A stretch of DNA of 64,000 nucleotides from an uncultured Bacilli bacterium (GTDB lineage: Bacteria > Bacillota_I > Bacilli_A > RF39 > UBA660), in assembly GCA_963931185.1 (NCBI GenBank), contig OZ006981.1:929626-993625 (forward strand). Reading direction: 5' to 3'. Below the pieces are notes generated by a model, which saw only the letters and a list, made by a program, of their open reading frames with translations, searched no databases and was not told where the DNA came from. The position numbers were made by a program, and so were the translations under genes. Numbering within the stretch: the stretch's first letter is position 1; each line of letters starts with the position of its first letter. Below, in pieces: positions 29,300-39,738 of this stretch.

Positions 29300-30098
29300 T
29301 AAAGAAAAATATTATTACTTTATGTTAAAATCTAATTTCTTTGATAGTGATGTAATAAGATATCTACAACAAAAACAAAATGGATATGAAATTATCATCT
29401 TATATTTTAAATTAATATTTAAAGCTATAAATAAGTATGGTAAATTAATTAAAAAAATAGGTAAGAAAAATATACCATATACAATAGAAGAATTGTCAAT
29501 TGAAACAGGACATTCTATAGATTTAGTAAAAGAAAGTATTGATTACTTTTTAGATACTGAAATGATAGAAAAAAGTGGTAATACATATTACATAGAAGAT
29601 GCATTAGTATTAACAAATCAAACTACTGTAGGTGCAATGGAAATGAGAGAATATCGAGCTAAAAATAGTAGGGATAAATGTAAGAAAAATTGTAAGCCAA
29701 AAGGTAAGACAAATATAGATATAAATAATAATAAATTAGAACTTATAACTAATAAAAAAGAATTAATAAAAATAGATGATAGTAAATATCAAGAAATAAT
29801 AGATTATTTTAATTTTAAAACAAACTCAAAATATGTATTAATAGATGAATATAAAAAATTAATTAATAATATCTTAAATAAATATAAAATTGAAGATATA
29901 AAAATAGTAATTGATAAAAAAACTTCAGAATGGATTAATAATCCTAAAATGAGTTCATATCTTAGACCAGAAACATTATTAGGTTCTAAATTTGAAAGAT
30001 ATTTATATCAAAAAAATGAACCAAAAACAATAAAAGATATAACATTAGCAGATATCCAAAAAGCAAAAGCAATAAAGGATAATAAGGAAAATGGATAA
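29286..30098 (+). CDS. Phage replisome organizer (N-terminal organizer domain plus conserved phage C-terminal domain)
   Basis: YYYFMLKSNFFDSDVIRYL...GYEIIILYFKL...YTIEELSIETGHSIDLVKESIDYF. C-terminus YQEIIDYFNFKTNSKY...YLRPETLLGSKFERYL. Confidence 0.8.
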   Translation: MAKYNKEKYYYFMLKSNFFDSDVIRYLQQKQNGYEIIILYFKLIFKAINKYGKLIKKIGKKNIPYTIEELSIETGHSIDLVKESIDYFLDTEMIEKSGNTYYIEDALVLTNQTTVGAMEMREYRAKNSRDKCKKNCKPKGKTNIDINNNKLELITNKKELIKIDDSKYQEIIDYFNFKTNSKYVLIDEYKKLINNILNKYKIEDIKIVIDKKTSEWINNPKMSSYLRPETLLGSKFERYLYQKNEPKTIKDITLADIQKAKAIKDNKENG

Positions 30099-30522
30099 AT
30101 TAGATTTTGCAGAAGGAATGAAAATACTTTATTCTTGTTATCATAAAGATTTAAACAATGATGATTTTATTATATGGTATGAAATGTTAAAAGATATCAA
30201 ACCAGATGTATTTAAAAAGACAATGATAGAAATATGTAAAGAAAAATCATTTATGCCTACAGTACACGATATATTAGATAAATCAAAGAATGTTAGTAAT
30301 AGTTATTATTTATCTATAATCGATAAAATGTATGATGATGGTTATTTTAAAAAGGGATATCAGGAATTAACAGATGAACATGCTAATAGAAATTATGATA
30401 AAGCAATAAGATGGATAGAAAAAGGAATAATACCACAATTTTTATTAGATGACATGAATGAATATATAAAATCTAAAACTCAAATTATTAATAAAGAAAC
30501 TTTAAGGATAGATTCATGTTAA
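30091..30522 (+). CDS. Phage helicase-loader-like protein (G39P-type), tentative
   Basis: Position after the replisome organizer. N-terminal pattern FAEGMKILYSCYHKDLNNDDFIIWYEMLKDIKPDVFKKTMIEICKEKSFMPTVHDIL resembles G39P-type loaders (from memory). Confidence 0.45.
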   Translation: MDKLDFAEGMKILYSCYHKDLNNDDFIIWYEMLKDIKPDVFKKTMIEICKEKSFMPTVHDILDKSKNVSNSYYLSIIDKMYDDGYFKKGYQELTDEHANRNYDKAIRWIEKGIIPQFLLDDMNEYIKSKTQIINKETLRIDSC

Positions 30523-30875
30523 GAACTTGTAACGTATGTGGGGGAATCCATCAAGAAGATAAAATGTGTAAAAGAAAATATACAAGCAAAAAGAATAGTA
30601 AAGCTAATTCATTTAGAAATACTAATGCTTGGATAACAAAAAGAGAACAAATAAAAAGAAGAGATAAGTATCTCTGCCAAGTATGTTTAATGAATAATAT
30701 ATATACATATAACAATTTACAAGTTCATCATATAATTCCAATAAATATTGACTACTCAAAAAAATTAGATAGTGATAATTTAATAACATTATGCACATAT
30801 CATCATAATCAAGTTGAAAAAGGATTAATAACTAGAGAACAATTATTAGAAACAATAGATCCCTCCGGGGAGTAA
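30516..30875 (+). CDS. HNH endonuclease
   Basis: CxxC...C pairs (CNVCGG, CQVC), HHIIPI and CTYHHNQVE. 119 aa. Confidence 0.85.
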   Translation: MLRTCNVCGGIHQEDKMCKRKYTSKKNSKANSFRNTNAWITKREQIKRRDKYLCQVCLMNNIYTYNNLQVHHIIPINIDYSKKLDSDNLITLCTYHHNQVEKGLITREQLLETIDPSGE

Positions 30876-30991
30876 ACAATTAAAAATAATATTTTTTTCT
30901 ACACCCACAGCCCACCTTAATTCACACAATTATAAGTTTTCCGTGAGTTTTTTGGAAAATATACCAAACAAAAGAGTATTAGAATAAATAA

Positions 30992-31315
30992 CTAATACTC
31001 AATTTTTTTAATTTCTAAAGGATTTTCATTAGTGATACTTAAAGCATATTTAATTCGTAATAATTTAAAAACCTCAGTTTTTACTTTTTCTTCGTTTTCA
31101 CCAAACATATTAATTAAATCCTTAGCAGAATTATAATGTTGTAAAAAAGAACCTTCATACATGGCATTTCTATAATATGAATTAGCAATATAATAAGCAA
31201 TAACTTCAGGCATTACATAACTTTCGATATACTCATCATAATTATCAAGGAAAGGTTTTAATATTGCATTAAATTCTTCATCACTAATATCACCATTAGT
31301 AGTCTTTCTAATCAT
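30992..31315 (-). CDS. Hypothetical protein
   Basis: 107 aa from MIRKTT (GGAGG on the minus strand 6 nt upstream). No motif recognised. Confidence 0.55.
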   Translation of the reverse strand: MIRKTTNGDISDEEFNAILKPFLDNYDEYIESYVMPEVIAYYIANSYYRNAMYEGSFLQHYNSAKDLINMFGENEEKVKTEVFKLLRIKYALSITNENPLEIKKIEY

Positions 31316-31479
31316 AGACACCTCCAATTTGTTGTATTAATCACTTAAATATTAAAAAAATACAAGTTTTATTTAACAAATTTTAAATTTTGTTGGCTTA
31401 ATTAGGTGTCAAAAGTCAAATTTTGTCAATTTTTATGTTATAATTGTAATTGATAGGAAATGCTTTGGAGGTAGTAGAT

Positions 31480-34400
31480 ATGTCAATAAGTGAATTGTTA
31501 GAAGAATTTAGAAAAATTTTCGGTAATGAAAGAGATAAAGGGACTGCATTTGAAAAGTTAATAAAAATGTATTTAGAAAACGAACCAAAATATATGGCTC
31601 TTTTAACAAATGTTTGGATGTGGAATGAATTTCCTTATAGAGGAAATATTGGTGATACGGGAATAGATTTAGTTGCAAAAACAATTGAGGGAGAATATTG
31701 GGCTATTCAATGTAAATTTTATGCTGAAGAACATGAAATAACAAAAGGTGATGTAGATACATTTTTGGCAACATCATCAAAATATTTTTATGTAGATGAT
31801 AAGCAAGAAAAATTTTCCTATAGATTAATTGCTTCTACTACAGATCATTATAATCATGTAGCAGAAGATACATTAGCAAATCAAAATCCGCATGTTGGAA
31901 GAATAGGATTGAATGATTTGTTAGAGTCTCAAATTGATTGGAAAAAATACTCTTTAATGAGCGAAAAAGTTTATTTAATTGATAAAAAGAAACCTAGGGA
32001 ACACCAAAAAACAGCAATATCTAAAGTTGTGGAAGGATTTAAAAGTAACGATAGAGGAAAGCTTATAATGGCTTGTGGTACAGGGAAAACTTATACAAGT
32101 TTAAGAATTGCAGAAGAACAATTAAATGGAAAAGGGAATGTTTTATTTTTAGTTCCATCAATTGCATTAGCAAGTCAAACATTAACAGAATGGTCTGCGC
32201 AATGTAGATATACATTTAATGCTTGTGTTGTTTGTAGTGATAATAAAGCATCAAAAGGTGATAATTCAGTTGATCTAGGAATACCATCTACTACTGATGT
32301 AGAAAGATTAAATGAATGGTATATTGATGCTGTTAATAATAACCGTGAAATGAATTTTATTTTTTCTACTTATCAATCCATTGATGTCGTATCAAAATTT
32401 TCAAAAAAATCAAATGTTGAATTTGATTTGATTATATGTGATGAAGCACATAGGACTACGGGAGTTACATTAAGTGATGAAGATGAAAGTTCATTTGTAA
32501 AGGTTCATGATAATGATTTTATAAAAGCAAAGAAAAGATTATATATGACGGCAACTCCAAAAATTTATGGTGATGCTGCTAAAGGAAAAGCAACAGAAGT
32601 AAATGCTGAATTGTGTTCTATGGATGATGAACAAAAATTTGGTAAGGAGTTTTATAAGTTATCATTTAGTGATGCTGTAAAACAAGATTTATTAACTGAC
32701 TATAAAGTTCTTGTATTAGCTATCGATGAAGAATATGTAAAAATGGAATTACAAGATTTACTTAAAGATGAAAATCATGAATTAAGACTTGATGACTCTG
32801 TTAAAATAATGGGATGTTGGAATGGATTGTCAAAAATATCTATGTTTGATGAACAACAAAACTTTTTGTCAGATCCTAATCCTATGAAGAGAGCAGTAGC
32901 ATTTTGTAATAGAATTATTGATTCACAAAAACTTGTAGAGATGTTTAAAATTATTCAAGATCATGTTAAAGGAGAATATAGAACAGATAAAGATAAATTA
33001 GTGAATGTTGATATTAAGCATGTTGATGGTTCATTTAATTCTTTAGAAAAAAAAGATAGAATAAATTGGCTAAAAGATGATATAGAAGATGGGAAATGTA
33101 GAATATTAACCAATGCAAGATGCTTATCAGAGGGAGTTGATGTTCCAGCTCTAGATGCAGTAATGTTTTTGAATCCTAGAAGTAGTATGACTGATATTAT
33201 ACAATCAGTAGGTAGAGTAATGAGAAAATCTGAAGGAAAAAAATATGGATATGTTATTTTGCCAATAGGAGTATCAGCTTCAGAAGATCCAGATGAGGCG
33301 TTAAATAACAATGAAAAATATAAATTAGTTTGGGAAGTTCTTCAAGCATTGAGAGCGCATGATGATAGATTTAACAATACAATTAATAAAATTGATTTGA
33401 ACAAAAAGAAACCTGATCAAATTGAAATAATTGGAATCGGATATGATCATAAAGAAGATCAAGATACAGGAACTAAGACGGTAAAAGTAAAAGATGATAT
33501 TAAGAAAAAAGTTCAATTAACATTGGATTTAAAAACTTTTGATGAGTGGAAAGATTCAATATATGCGAAGATGGTAAAACGCGTTGGTTCAAGAATGTAT
33601 TGGGAAATGTGGGCAAAAGATGTCGCTGAAATTGCAACATCTCATATGAAAAAAATAAGAAAATTAATTGATACAGAAGCTCCAGAGATTAAGAAAGCTA
33701 TCGATGAATTTTTATTAGGATTGAGAAAAAACTTAAATAATTCAATTACTCAAGAAGATGCAATTGAAATGTTAGCACAACATATGATTACTAAACCTGT
33801 GTTTAATGCATTATTTGAAGATTATGAGTTTGTAAATAATAACCCAGTTTCGAAAACAATGCAAAAAATGATAGATATTCTTGATAAACAAGTACCAGAA
33901 GAAGAAAAAGAAAAATTAAACAGTTTTTATGAATCTGTTAAAGAGAGAGCTAACGGAATAGACAATGCAGCTGGTAAACAAAAAATAATTCTTGAATTAT
34001 ATGAAAAATTCTTTAAAACAGCTTTACCAAAAGAAGTTGAAAAATTAGGTATAGTTTATACACCAACAGAATGCGTTGATTTTATTATAAACAGTGTTGA
34101 ATATCTTATGAAAAAAGAATTTGGTAAGAGTTTATCGGATCATGGTGTTCATATTATAGATGGTTTTACAGGAACAGGAACTTTTATTGTAAGACTACTT
34201 CAAAGCGGAGTAATCAAACCAGAAGATTTATTATATAAATATACGAATGATATTCATGCAAATGAAATAGTTTTATTAGCATATTATATTGCAGCAATTA
34301 ATATTGAAGAAACTTTCCATGAATTAAATGGAAATAAAGAATATATTCCATTTGATGGTATAGTATTAACTGATACTTTTCAATTATATGAAGATACGGA

Positions 34401-36228
34401 TGAAAATGAATGGACAAAAAATATTAATGAATTAACACTACCACAAAATAGTGAAAGAGCATTAAAACAAAGAGAATTACCAATAACAGTATGTATAGGA
34501 AATCCTCCATATTCTGTTGGACAAAAAAGTCAAAATGATAATGCACAAAACTTGACTTATCCTAAATTGGAGAGTCGAATCGCTGAAACATATGTTGAAA
34601 ATTCAAAAACAAACATGAATAAGGCATTATATGATGCATATATCAAAGCATTTAGATGGGCTTCTGATAGAATAAAAAATGATGGAATAGTTAGTTTTAT
34701 TACAAACGGTTCGTTTATAGATGGTGTTGCAACAGCAGGATTTAGAAAAAGTTTAGTAGATGAATTTACATCTATATACATATTTGATCTACGAGGAAAT
34801 GCTAGAACATCAGGTGAGCAACGCAAAAAAGAGGGTGGAGGTATATTCAATAGTGGAAGTAGAACTCCAGTTGCAATTACGTGTCTAATAAAAAATGAAA
34901 AAAGACAAAAAGATAATTATATTCATTATTATGATATTGGTGATTATTTAAATAGAGAACAAAAATTAAATATTATAAATAAGTATAATAGTATTGAAAA
35001 TATTAAATGGAAAATCATAAAACCAGATGCTAATAATGATTGGATAAATAAAACTAATAATCAATATAAAAATTTTATAGCCTTGTCAGATGAAAAAAAT
35101 AGTATTTTTGAATTGAGAACAAGTGGTGTGGTTTCATCTAGAGATTCTTGGGTTTTTAATTATAATAGAGATAAGTTGTTAAAAAACATATTTATTATGA
35201 CACAAACATATAATGAAGAATTAAAAAGAATAATAGATAAAAAATCCTCTGATTTTAAGAATATAATAAATTATGATTCCACAAAAATAAGTTGGTCTCG
35301 AGCATTAATTAATTCCCTTAAAAATAATATTGAAAAAGTGGTAGAAGAAAAAAATGTTTTACAAGCTTTATATAGGCCTTTTCAAGCAATGAATTTTTAT
35401 TATTCAAGAGATTTTAATGAGTGTGTTTATAAAAATGATAAAATAATAAAAGGTGAAAATATCTCTATTGTTACCTTAGGTGTGGGATCTAAAAAAGAGT
35501 TTTCGTGCATTATTACCGATAAAATTACCAGTTTTGATACAATGGAAAAAGGAAATGTATTTTCAAGATATATTTATGATTTAGAAGAAGAAAATACTTT
35601 ATTCATAAATGAAAACATAAAAAAAGATTCTATTTCAGATAATATTCAAAAATTATTTATTTCAAAATATGAAAAACAAATTAATAAAGATGAAATATTT
35701 TATTATGTGTATGGTATTTTACATTCAAAAGATTATAAATACACTTTTGAATCTGATTTGAAAAAATCATTACCTAGAATACCCTTGGTTGATTCTTATA
35801 CAGACTTTTTGGCATTTAGTAAGGGTGGGAAAAAACTTGCTGATTTACATTTAAACTATGAAAAAATAGAACCATATACTAAGTGTAGAATTATGGTATA
35901 TCCGAATGCTAATTATAATGTTATAAAGATGAAGTTTGGGCAAAATAAAAACAAAAATATTATTGAATATAATGATAAAATTACTATTTCAAATATTCCA
36001 GAAAAAGCATATGAATATGTGGTTAATGGAAAGTCAGCGATTGAATGGATTATGGAAAGATATGCAATTACTACAGACAGTAAAAGTGGAATAGTTAATA
36101 ATCCAAATGATTGGTGTAAAGAAATAAATGATGATATGTATATTTATAATTTATTATTAAGAATTATTAATGTTTCTGTAAAAACTGTCGATATAGTAAA
36201 CTCATTACCAAAAATAAATTTTGAATAG
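31480..36228 (+). CDS. Type ISP restriction-modification enzyme (Mrr-like nuclease, SF2 ATPase/translocase, N6-adenine methyltransferase, TRD)
   Basis: N-terminal PD-(D/E)xK GDTGIDLVAK...YWAIQCKFY. Walker A ACGTGKTY. DEAH (32440-32451). Helicase motif VI QSVGRVMR. MTase motifs DGFTGTGTF and NPPY (34501-34512). Long C-terminal target-recognition region. Size and order match LlaGI/LlaBIII-type enzymes. Confidence 0.9.
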   Translation: MSISELLEEFRKIFGNERDKGTAFEKLIKMYLENEPKYMALLTNVWMWNEFPYRGNIGDTGIDLVAKTIEGEYWAIQCKFYAEEHEITKGDVDTFLATSSKYFYVDDKQEKFSYRLIASTTDHYNHVAEDTLANQNPHVGRIGLNDLLESQIDWKKYSLMSEKVYLIDKKKPREHQKTAISKVVEGFKSNDRGKLIMACGTGKTYTSLRIAEEQLNGKGNVLFLVPSIALASQTLTEWSAQCRYTFNACVVCSDNKASKGDNSVDLGIPSTTDVERLNEWYIDAVNNNREMNFIFSTYQSIDVVSKFSKKSNVEFDLIICDEAHRTTGVTLSDEDESSFVKVHDNDFIKAKKRLYMTATPKIYGDAAKGKATEVNAELCSMDDEQKFGKEFYKLSFSDAVKQDLLTDYKVLVLAIDEEYVKMELQDLLKDENHELRLDDSVKIMGCWNGLSKISMFDEQQNFLSDPNPMKRAVAFCNRIIDSQKLVEMFKIIQDHVKGEYRTDKDKLVNVDIKHVDGSFNSLEKKDRINWLKDDIEDGKCRILTNARCLSEGVDVPALDAVMFLNPRSSMTDIIQSVGRVMRKSEGKKYGYVILPIGVSASEDPDEALNNNEKYKLVWEVLQALRAHDDRFNNTINKIDLNKKKPDQIEIIGIGYDHKEDQDTGTKTVKVKDDIKKKVQLTLDLKTFDEWKDSIYAKMVKRVGSRMYWEMWAKDVAEIATSHMKKIRKLIDTEAPEIKKAIDEFLLGLRKNLNNSITQEDAIEMLAQHMITKPVFNALFEDYEFVNNNPVSKTMQKMIDILDKQVPEEEKEKLNSFYESVKERANGIDNAAGKQKIILELYEKFFKTALPKEVEKLGIVYTPTECVDFIINSVEYLMKKEFGKSLSDHGVHIIDGFTGTGTFIVRLLQSGVIKPEDLLYKYTNDIHANEIVLLAYYIAAINIEETFHELNGNKEYIPFDGIVLTDTFQLYEDTDENEWTKNINELTLPQNSERALKQRELPITVCIGNPPYSVGQKSQNDNAQNLTYPKLESRIAETYVENSKTNMNKALYDAYIKAFRWASDRIKNDGIVSFITNGSFIDGVATAGFRKSLVDEFTSIYIFDLRGNARTSGEQRKKEGGGIFNSGSRTPVAITCLIKNEKRQKDNYIHYYDIGDYLNREQKLNIINKYNSIENIKWKIIKPDANNDWINKTNNQYKNFIALSDEKNSIFELRTSGVVSSRDSWVFNYNRDKLLKNIFIMTQTYNEELKRIIDKKSSDFKNIINYDSTKISWSRALINSLKNNIEKVVEEKNVLQALYRPFQAMNFYYSRDFNECVYKNDKIIKGENISIVTLGVGSKKEFSCIITDKITSFDTMEKGNVFSRYIYDLEEENTLFINENIKKDSISDNIQKLFISKYEKQINKDEIFYYVYGILHSKDYKYTFESDLKKSLPRIPLVDSYTDFLAFSKGGKKLADLHLNYEKIEPYTKCRIMVYPNANYNVIKMKFGQNKNKNIIEYNDKITISNIPEKAYEYVVNGKSAIEWIMERYAITTDSKSGIVNNPNDWCKEINDDMYIYNLLLRIINVSVKTVDIVNSLPKINFE

Positions 36229-36235
36229 GTGAGAT

Positions 36236-37839
36236 ATGATTTATGTATTAATTGGAGTTATAGGTATTTTGTTAATTATTATTTATGAAGAAAAACAAAA
36301 TAATAAAGATCTGTTAAAAAAATATGAAGAAAAGTTAAAAGCTTTAGAAAAACAAAACGAAATTTTAAATAACAATAAAATAGAAATTGTTTCTTTGAAA
36401 AACGAGATACAAGCATCTGAAAATAAAATTAAAGAATTAAACGAAGAACTTAGTAATTATACGCAAATAAAAAATGATTCATTAATTTTAAATGTTACAG
36501 ATGAAGATGAAATAGCTAGATATTCTGAAGATAAGGTTACAGCTGAACAAAAAATATCTGAAACTAAATCTTCAGAATTGAATGCTGAAAAACAAGAAAT
36601 ATATGAATTAATTGAAAAAACTAACTCTAATATTTTTATAACAGGTAAGGCTGGAACTGGTAAGAGTTATTTGCTTAAATATTTTAGAAAAAATACAATA
36701 AAAAAGTTTTATATTGTGCTCCAACTGGTATAGCTGCATTAAACATTGATGGTGTAACATTGCATTCTGCTTTTGGATGGAATAATTTGATTGATGAACA
36801 CGAAATAAAACTATCTTCAAATAAACTTTCCTTATTAAGAAGTATAGATACTTTGATTATAGATGAAATATCAATGGTTAGAGTAGATGTATTTAATCAA
36901 ATAGATAAAATATTGAAAAAAGCTAATAATAATTCAAAACCATTTGGTGGAAAACAAGTAATTGTATTTGGTGATTTATTTCAATTGCCTCCGGTTGCAA
37001 CAAGAGAAGAAAATGAGTTCTTTACAGATAAGTATGGAGGAATATTTTTCTTTAATGCCCCTGCATATAAAGATGGTCATTTTGAATTTAGAGAGATAAC
37101 AGAAATATTTAGACAAACGGATAAAGAATTTATTGATATATTAAATGATATTAGAGTTGGGAAAATAAATGAAGAACAAATAAAATCATTGAATCAACAT
37201 TATGTTACAGAAGTTCCGCGAAGAGTTGTGCAAGTTGTTCCTATGAAAAATGAGGCTAATAATATTAATAGTGAAAATTTAAATAAAATTAATGGTCAAG
37301 AATTTGAATATCGAGCTAATGTACTTGTTGGTAAAGATATCATAAAGGAAACTGATTTTCCATGCGATTTTGATTTGAAATTAAAAGTTGGATCTTTGGT
37401 AATGATGATAACTAATGACCAAGAACACAAGAGATGGGTTAATGGAACTTTGGGAATTATATCAGGATTATCTCCGACAATGGTTAAAGTAACAATAAAT
37501 GGTACTGATTTTGAAATATCTCCAACAACATTTAATAAATATAAATGTGAATATGATAGAGAAAACAAAACTCTCAAATATATTGTAGAAGCAAGCGTAA
37601 GTCAGTTTCCGTTGATATTGGCTTATGCAATTACTATTCATAAGTCTCAGGGAATGACATATCAACAAATAGCATGTAATTTAGAAAGCTGCTTTGCACC
37701 TGGGCAAGCATATGTAGCATTGTCTAGATGTGCAAATTATGATAAATTGTATTTAACTCAAAAAATAGATGCTAGTTCAATAATTACAGATAATGTAGTA
37801 GTTAATTTTTATAAGGATATAACTAAGAAAGGAAAATAA
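36236..37839 (+). pseudogene. Membrane-anchored PIF1/RecD-like (AAA_30) helicase, split by a frameshift in an A6 tract
   Basis: TM helix MIYVLIGVIGILLIIIY, coiled coil, Walker A GKAGTGKS (36644-36667). The frame then breaks at A6 (36700-36705). One extra A would read TIKKVLYCAPTGIAALNIDGVTLHSAFGW and join the 36760-37839 ORF (IIDEISMV, GDLFQLPPV, ITIHKSQGMTY, YVALSR). Confidence 0.8.
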
Positions 37840-37840
37840 T

Positions 37841-39679
37841 ATGATAAGAGAAACAAAACAGAAACAAATCTCTGAAGTATTTTCAAATGATAGAGATTTA
37901 ATATATGAAATACCTAAGTATCAAAGAAAATATACTTGGGGTATAAATGAATGGGAATTATTATTTAATGATGTAATTGATAATGATAACGGATATTTTT
38001 TGGGTTCTACAATATGTGTAGCTAAACCAGGTAGTATATATGATGCAATTGTATCTGAAGTAATTGATGGCCAACAAAGAATGACAACTTTATCAATTTT
38101 ATTAACAGTATTGTATGCAAAAATAGCAGAACACAGAAATGAATTAGATGAAGATGAATTTATAAATTTAAATATAATTAAGAAACAATTGGCTTATAAA
38201 AAAGATGGAAAATATTATCCTAAATTAAGATTACAAATTCAAGATAATAATCAAGCTGATTTTAATAGTTTATTATATCGTCATGGCATAATAGACGAGG
38301 GAACTACACCATTAAATGCTGGAAATAGAAGAATATATAAAGCTTATAAGCACTTTGAAAAATTAGTAGATGGTTTTTTATCTTCTGATTATGCTGAAAG
38401 TAATGGCTTAAAATCAGATACAGAAGTAAAAACATTATTTAATTTGGTAAAAAGATTTAATAGTGCAGTATTAGTGGTCATCGAAGTTGATACGCATAAA
38501 GATGCATATATGTTATTTGAATCCTTAAATAATAGAGGAGTTCCTCTTACAGCTATCGATTTAATTAAAAATCTTATTATTTCAGTATCAGAAAAAGATA
38601 ATAAGTCAAATGAATGTTACGAAGTTTGGAGAGAAATCCAGAATAATTTGCAAGAAGAATATGTGGTGCAAGAAAGATTTTTTAGACAATATTATAATGC
38701 TTTTAGAGAAGAATTAAATGAACCTTTTATCTTGCCGGAATCAACCAAAAAATATCCATTAGCGTATTTAGCAACAAAAACTACATTAATGGATATATAT
38801 GAAAAATTAATAAAAAAAGATTATCAAAAATATTTGAACGATATATATTTAGCTTCTAAAAAATATGCAATTATTATAAATAATAGTGAAGAAGAAACAG
38901 CTTATGCTCCAGAATTAAAAGATTTAGAAAGAATTCAAGGAGCTCCGGGATATTTATTATTGTTGTATTTAGAGTTAAATAAAGAACAATTAAATATATC
39001 TGATAGTTTAATGAAAGATATTATAGTATTATTAATTAAATTCTTTGCCAGAAGAAATTTAACAGATATGCCTAATACAAGAGATTTAACCAAAATATTT
39101 ATGGATATAATTTCAGACATAAAATCAAATCGAGAATATATTTATGAAATTATCAAAAACAAATTGATAAGTGTGTCTGCTTTTGATGAACTTTTTGCAA
39201 CAAAACTTAAAGGACCGATTTATGATGATAATGACATGGCAACAAGATTTATTTTATGCTATATGGAATCTAAACATCAAACAAAAGAAATTTATACTGA
39301 TTTATGGTCTAGAGATAAGAGTAATAAATATATTTGGACAATTGAGCATATCTTTCCAGAAGGACAGAATATTCCTCAAGGATGGATTGACATGATTGCT
39401 AATGGTAATAAAGATTTAGCATATGAATATTTGAATAACTATGTTCATACAATTGGAAATTTAACTATTACAGGTTACAATTCAACATTAAGTAATTTAG
39501 ATTTTGATAAAAAGAAAAATAGAAAAAATTCTGAAGGTAAAGATGTTGGCTATAGAAATGGTTTGTATCTTAATGAAGATGTAGTAGCAGCAGAAAAATG
39601 GACAATTGATAGAATTAAGACTAGAACTGAAAAATTAGTTAAAGAAGTTATTGATGAATTAGATATGAATAAAAGATAA
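37841..39679 (+). CDS. GmrSD-family Type IV restriction enzyme-like protein (DUF262 plus DUF1524), copy 1
   Basis: IPKYQRKYTW, DGQQR (38066-38080), C-terminal HNH-like EHIFPE...HTIGNLTITGYNSTLSN. Starts 2 nt after the helicase stop. Confidence 0.85.
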   Translation: MIRETKQKQISEVFSNDRDLIYEIPKYQRKYTWGINEWELLFNDVIDNDNGYFLGSTICVAKPGSIYDAIVSEVIDGQQRMTTLSILLTVLYAKIAEHRNELDEDEFINLNIIKKQLAYKKDGKYYPKLRLQIQDNNQADFNSLLYRHGIIDEGTTPLNAGNRRIYKAYKHFEKLVDGFLSSDYAESNGLKSDTEVKTLFNLVKRFNSAVLVVIEVDTHKDAYMLFESLNNRGVPLTAIDLIKNLIISVSEKDNKSNECYEVWREIQNNLQEEYVVQERFFRQYYNAFREELNEPFILPESTKKYPLAYLATKTTLMDIYEKLIKKDYQKYLNDIYLASKKYAIIINNSEEETAYAPELKDLERIQGAPGYLLLLYLELNKEQLNISDSLMKDIIVLLIKFFARRNLTDMPNTRDLTKIFMDIISDIKSNREYIYEIIKNKLISVSAFDELFATKLKGPIYDDNDMATRFILCYMESKHQTKEIYTDLWSRDKSNKYIWTIEHIFPEGQNIPQGWIDMIANGNKDLAYEYLNNYVHTIGNLTITGYNSTLSNLDFDKKKNRKNSEGKDVGYRNGLYLNEDVVAAEKWTIDRIKTRTEKLVKEVIDELDMNKR

Positions 39680-39704
39680 GTCTGGAGAAAATTCAGACTT
39701 TTTT
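39678..39704 (+). terminator. Rho-independent terminator
   Basis: AAGTCTG-loop-CAGACTT followed by T-run. Confidence 0.7.
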
Positions 39705-39738
39705 CATGATATAATATAAACTATTCAGGAGGTTTAAT

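Larger units (their letters stand above)
28123..30875. mobile_element. Decayed integrative phage-like element (short integrase, dead Xis-like gene, replication module, HNH)
   Basis: Gene content listed separately below. No structural, lysis or terminase genes. Boundaries not defined by repeats. Confidence 0.5.
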
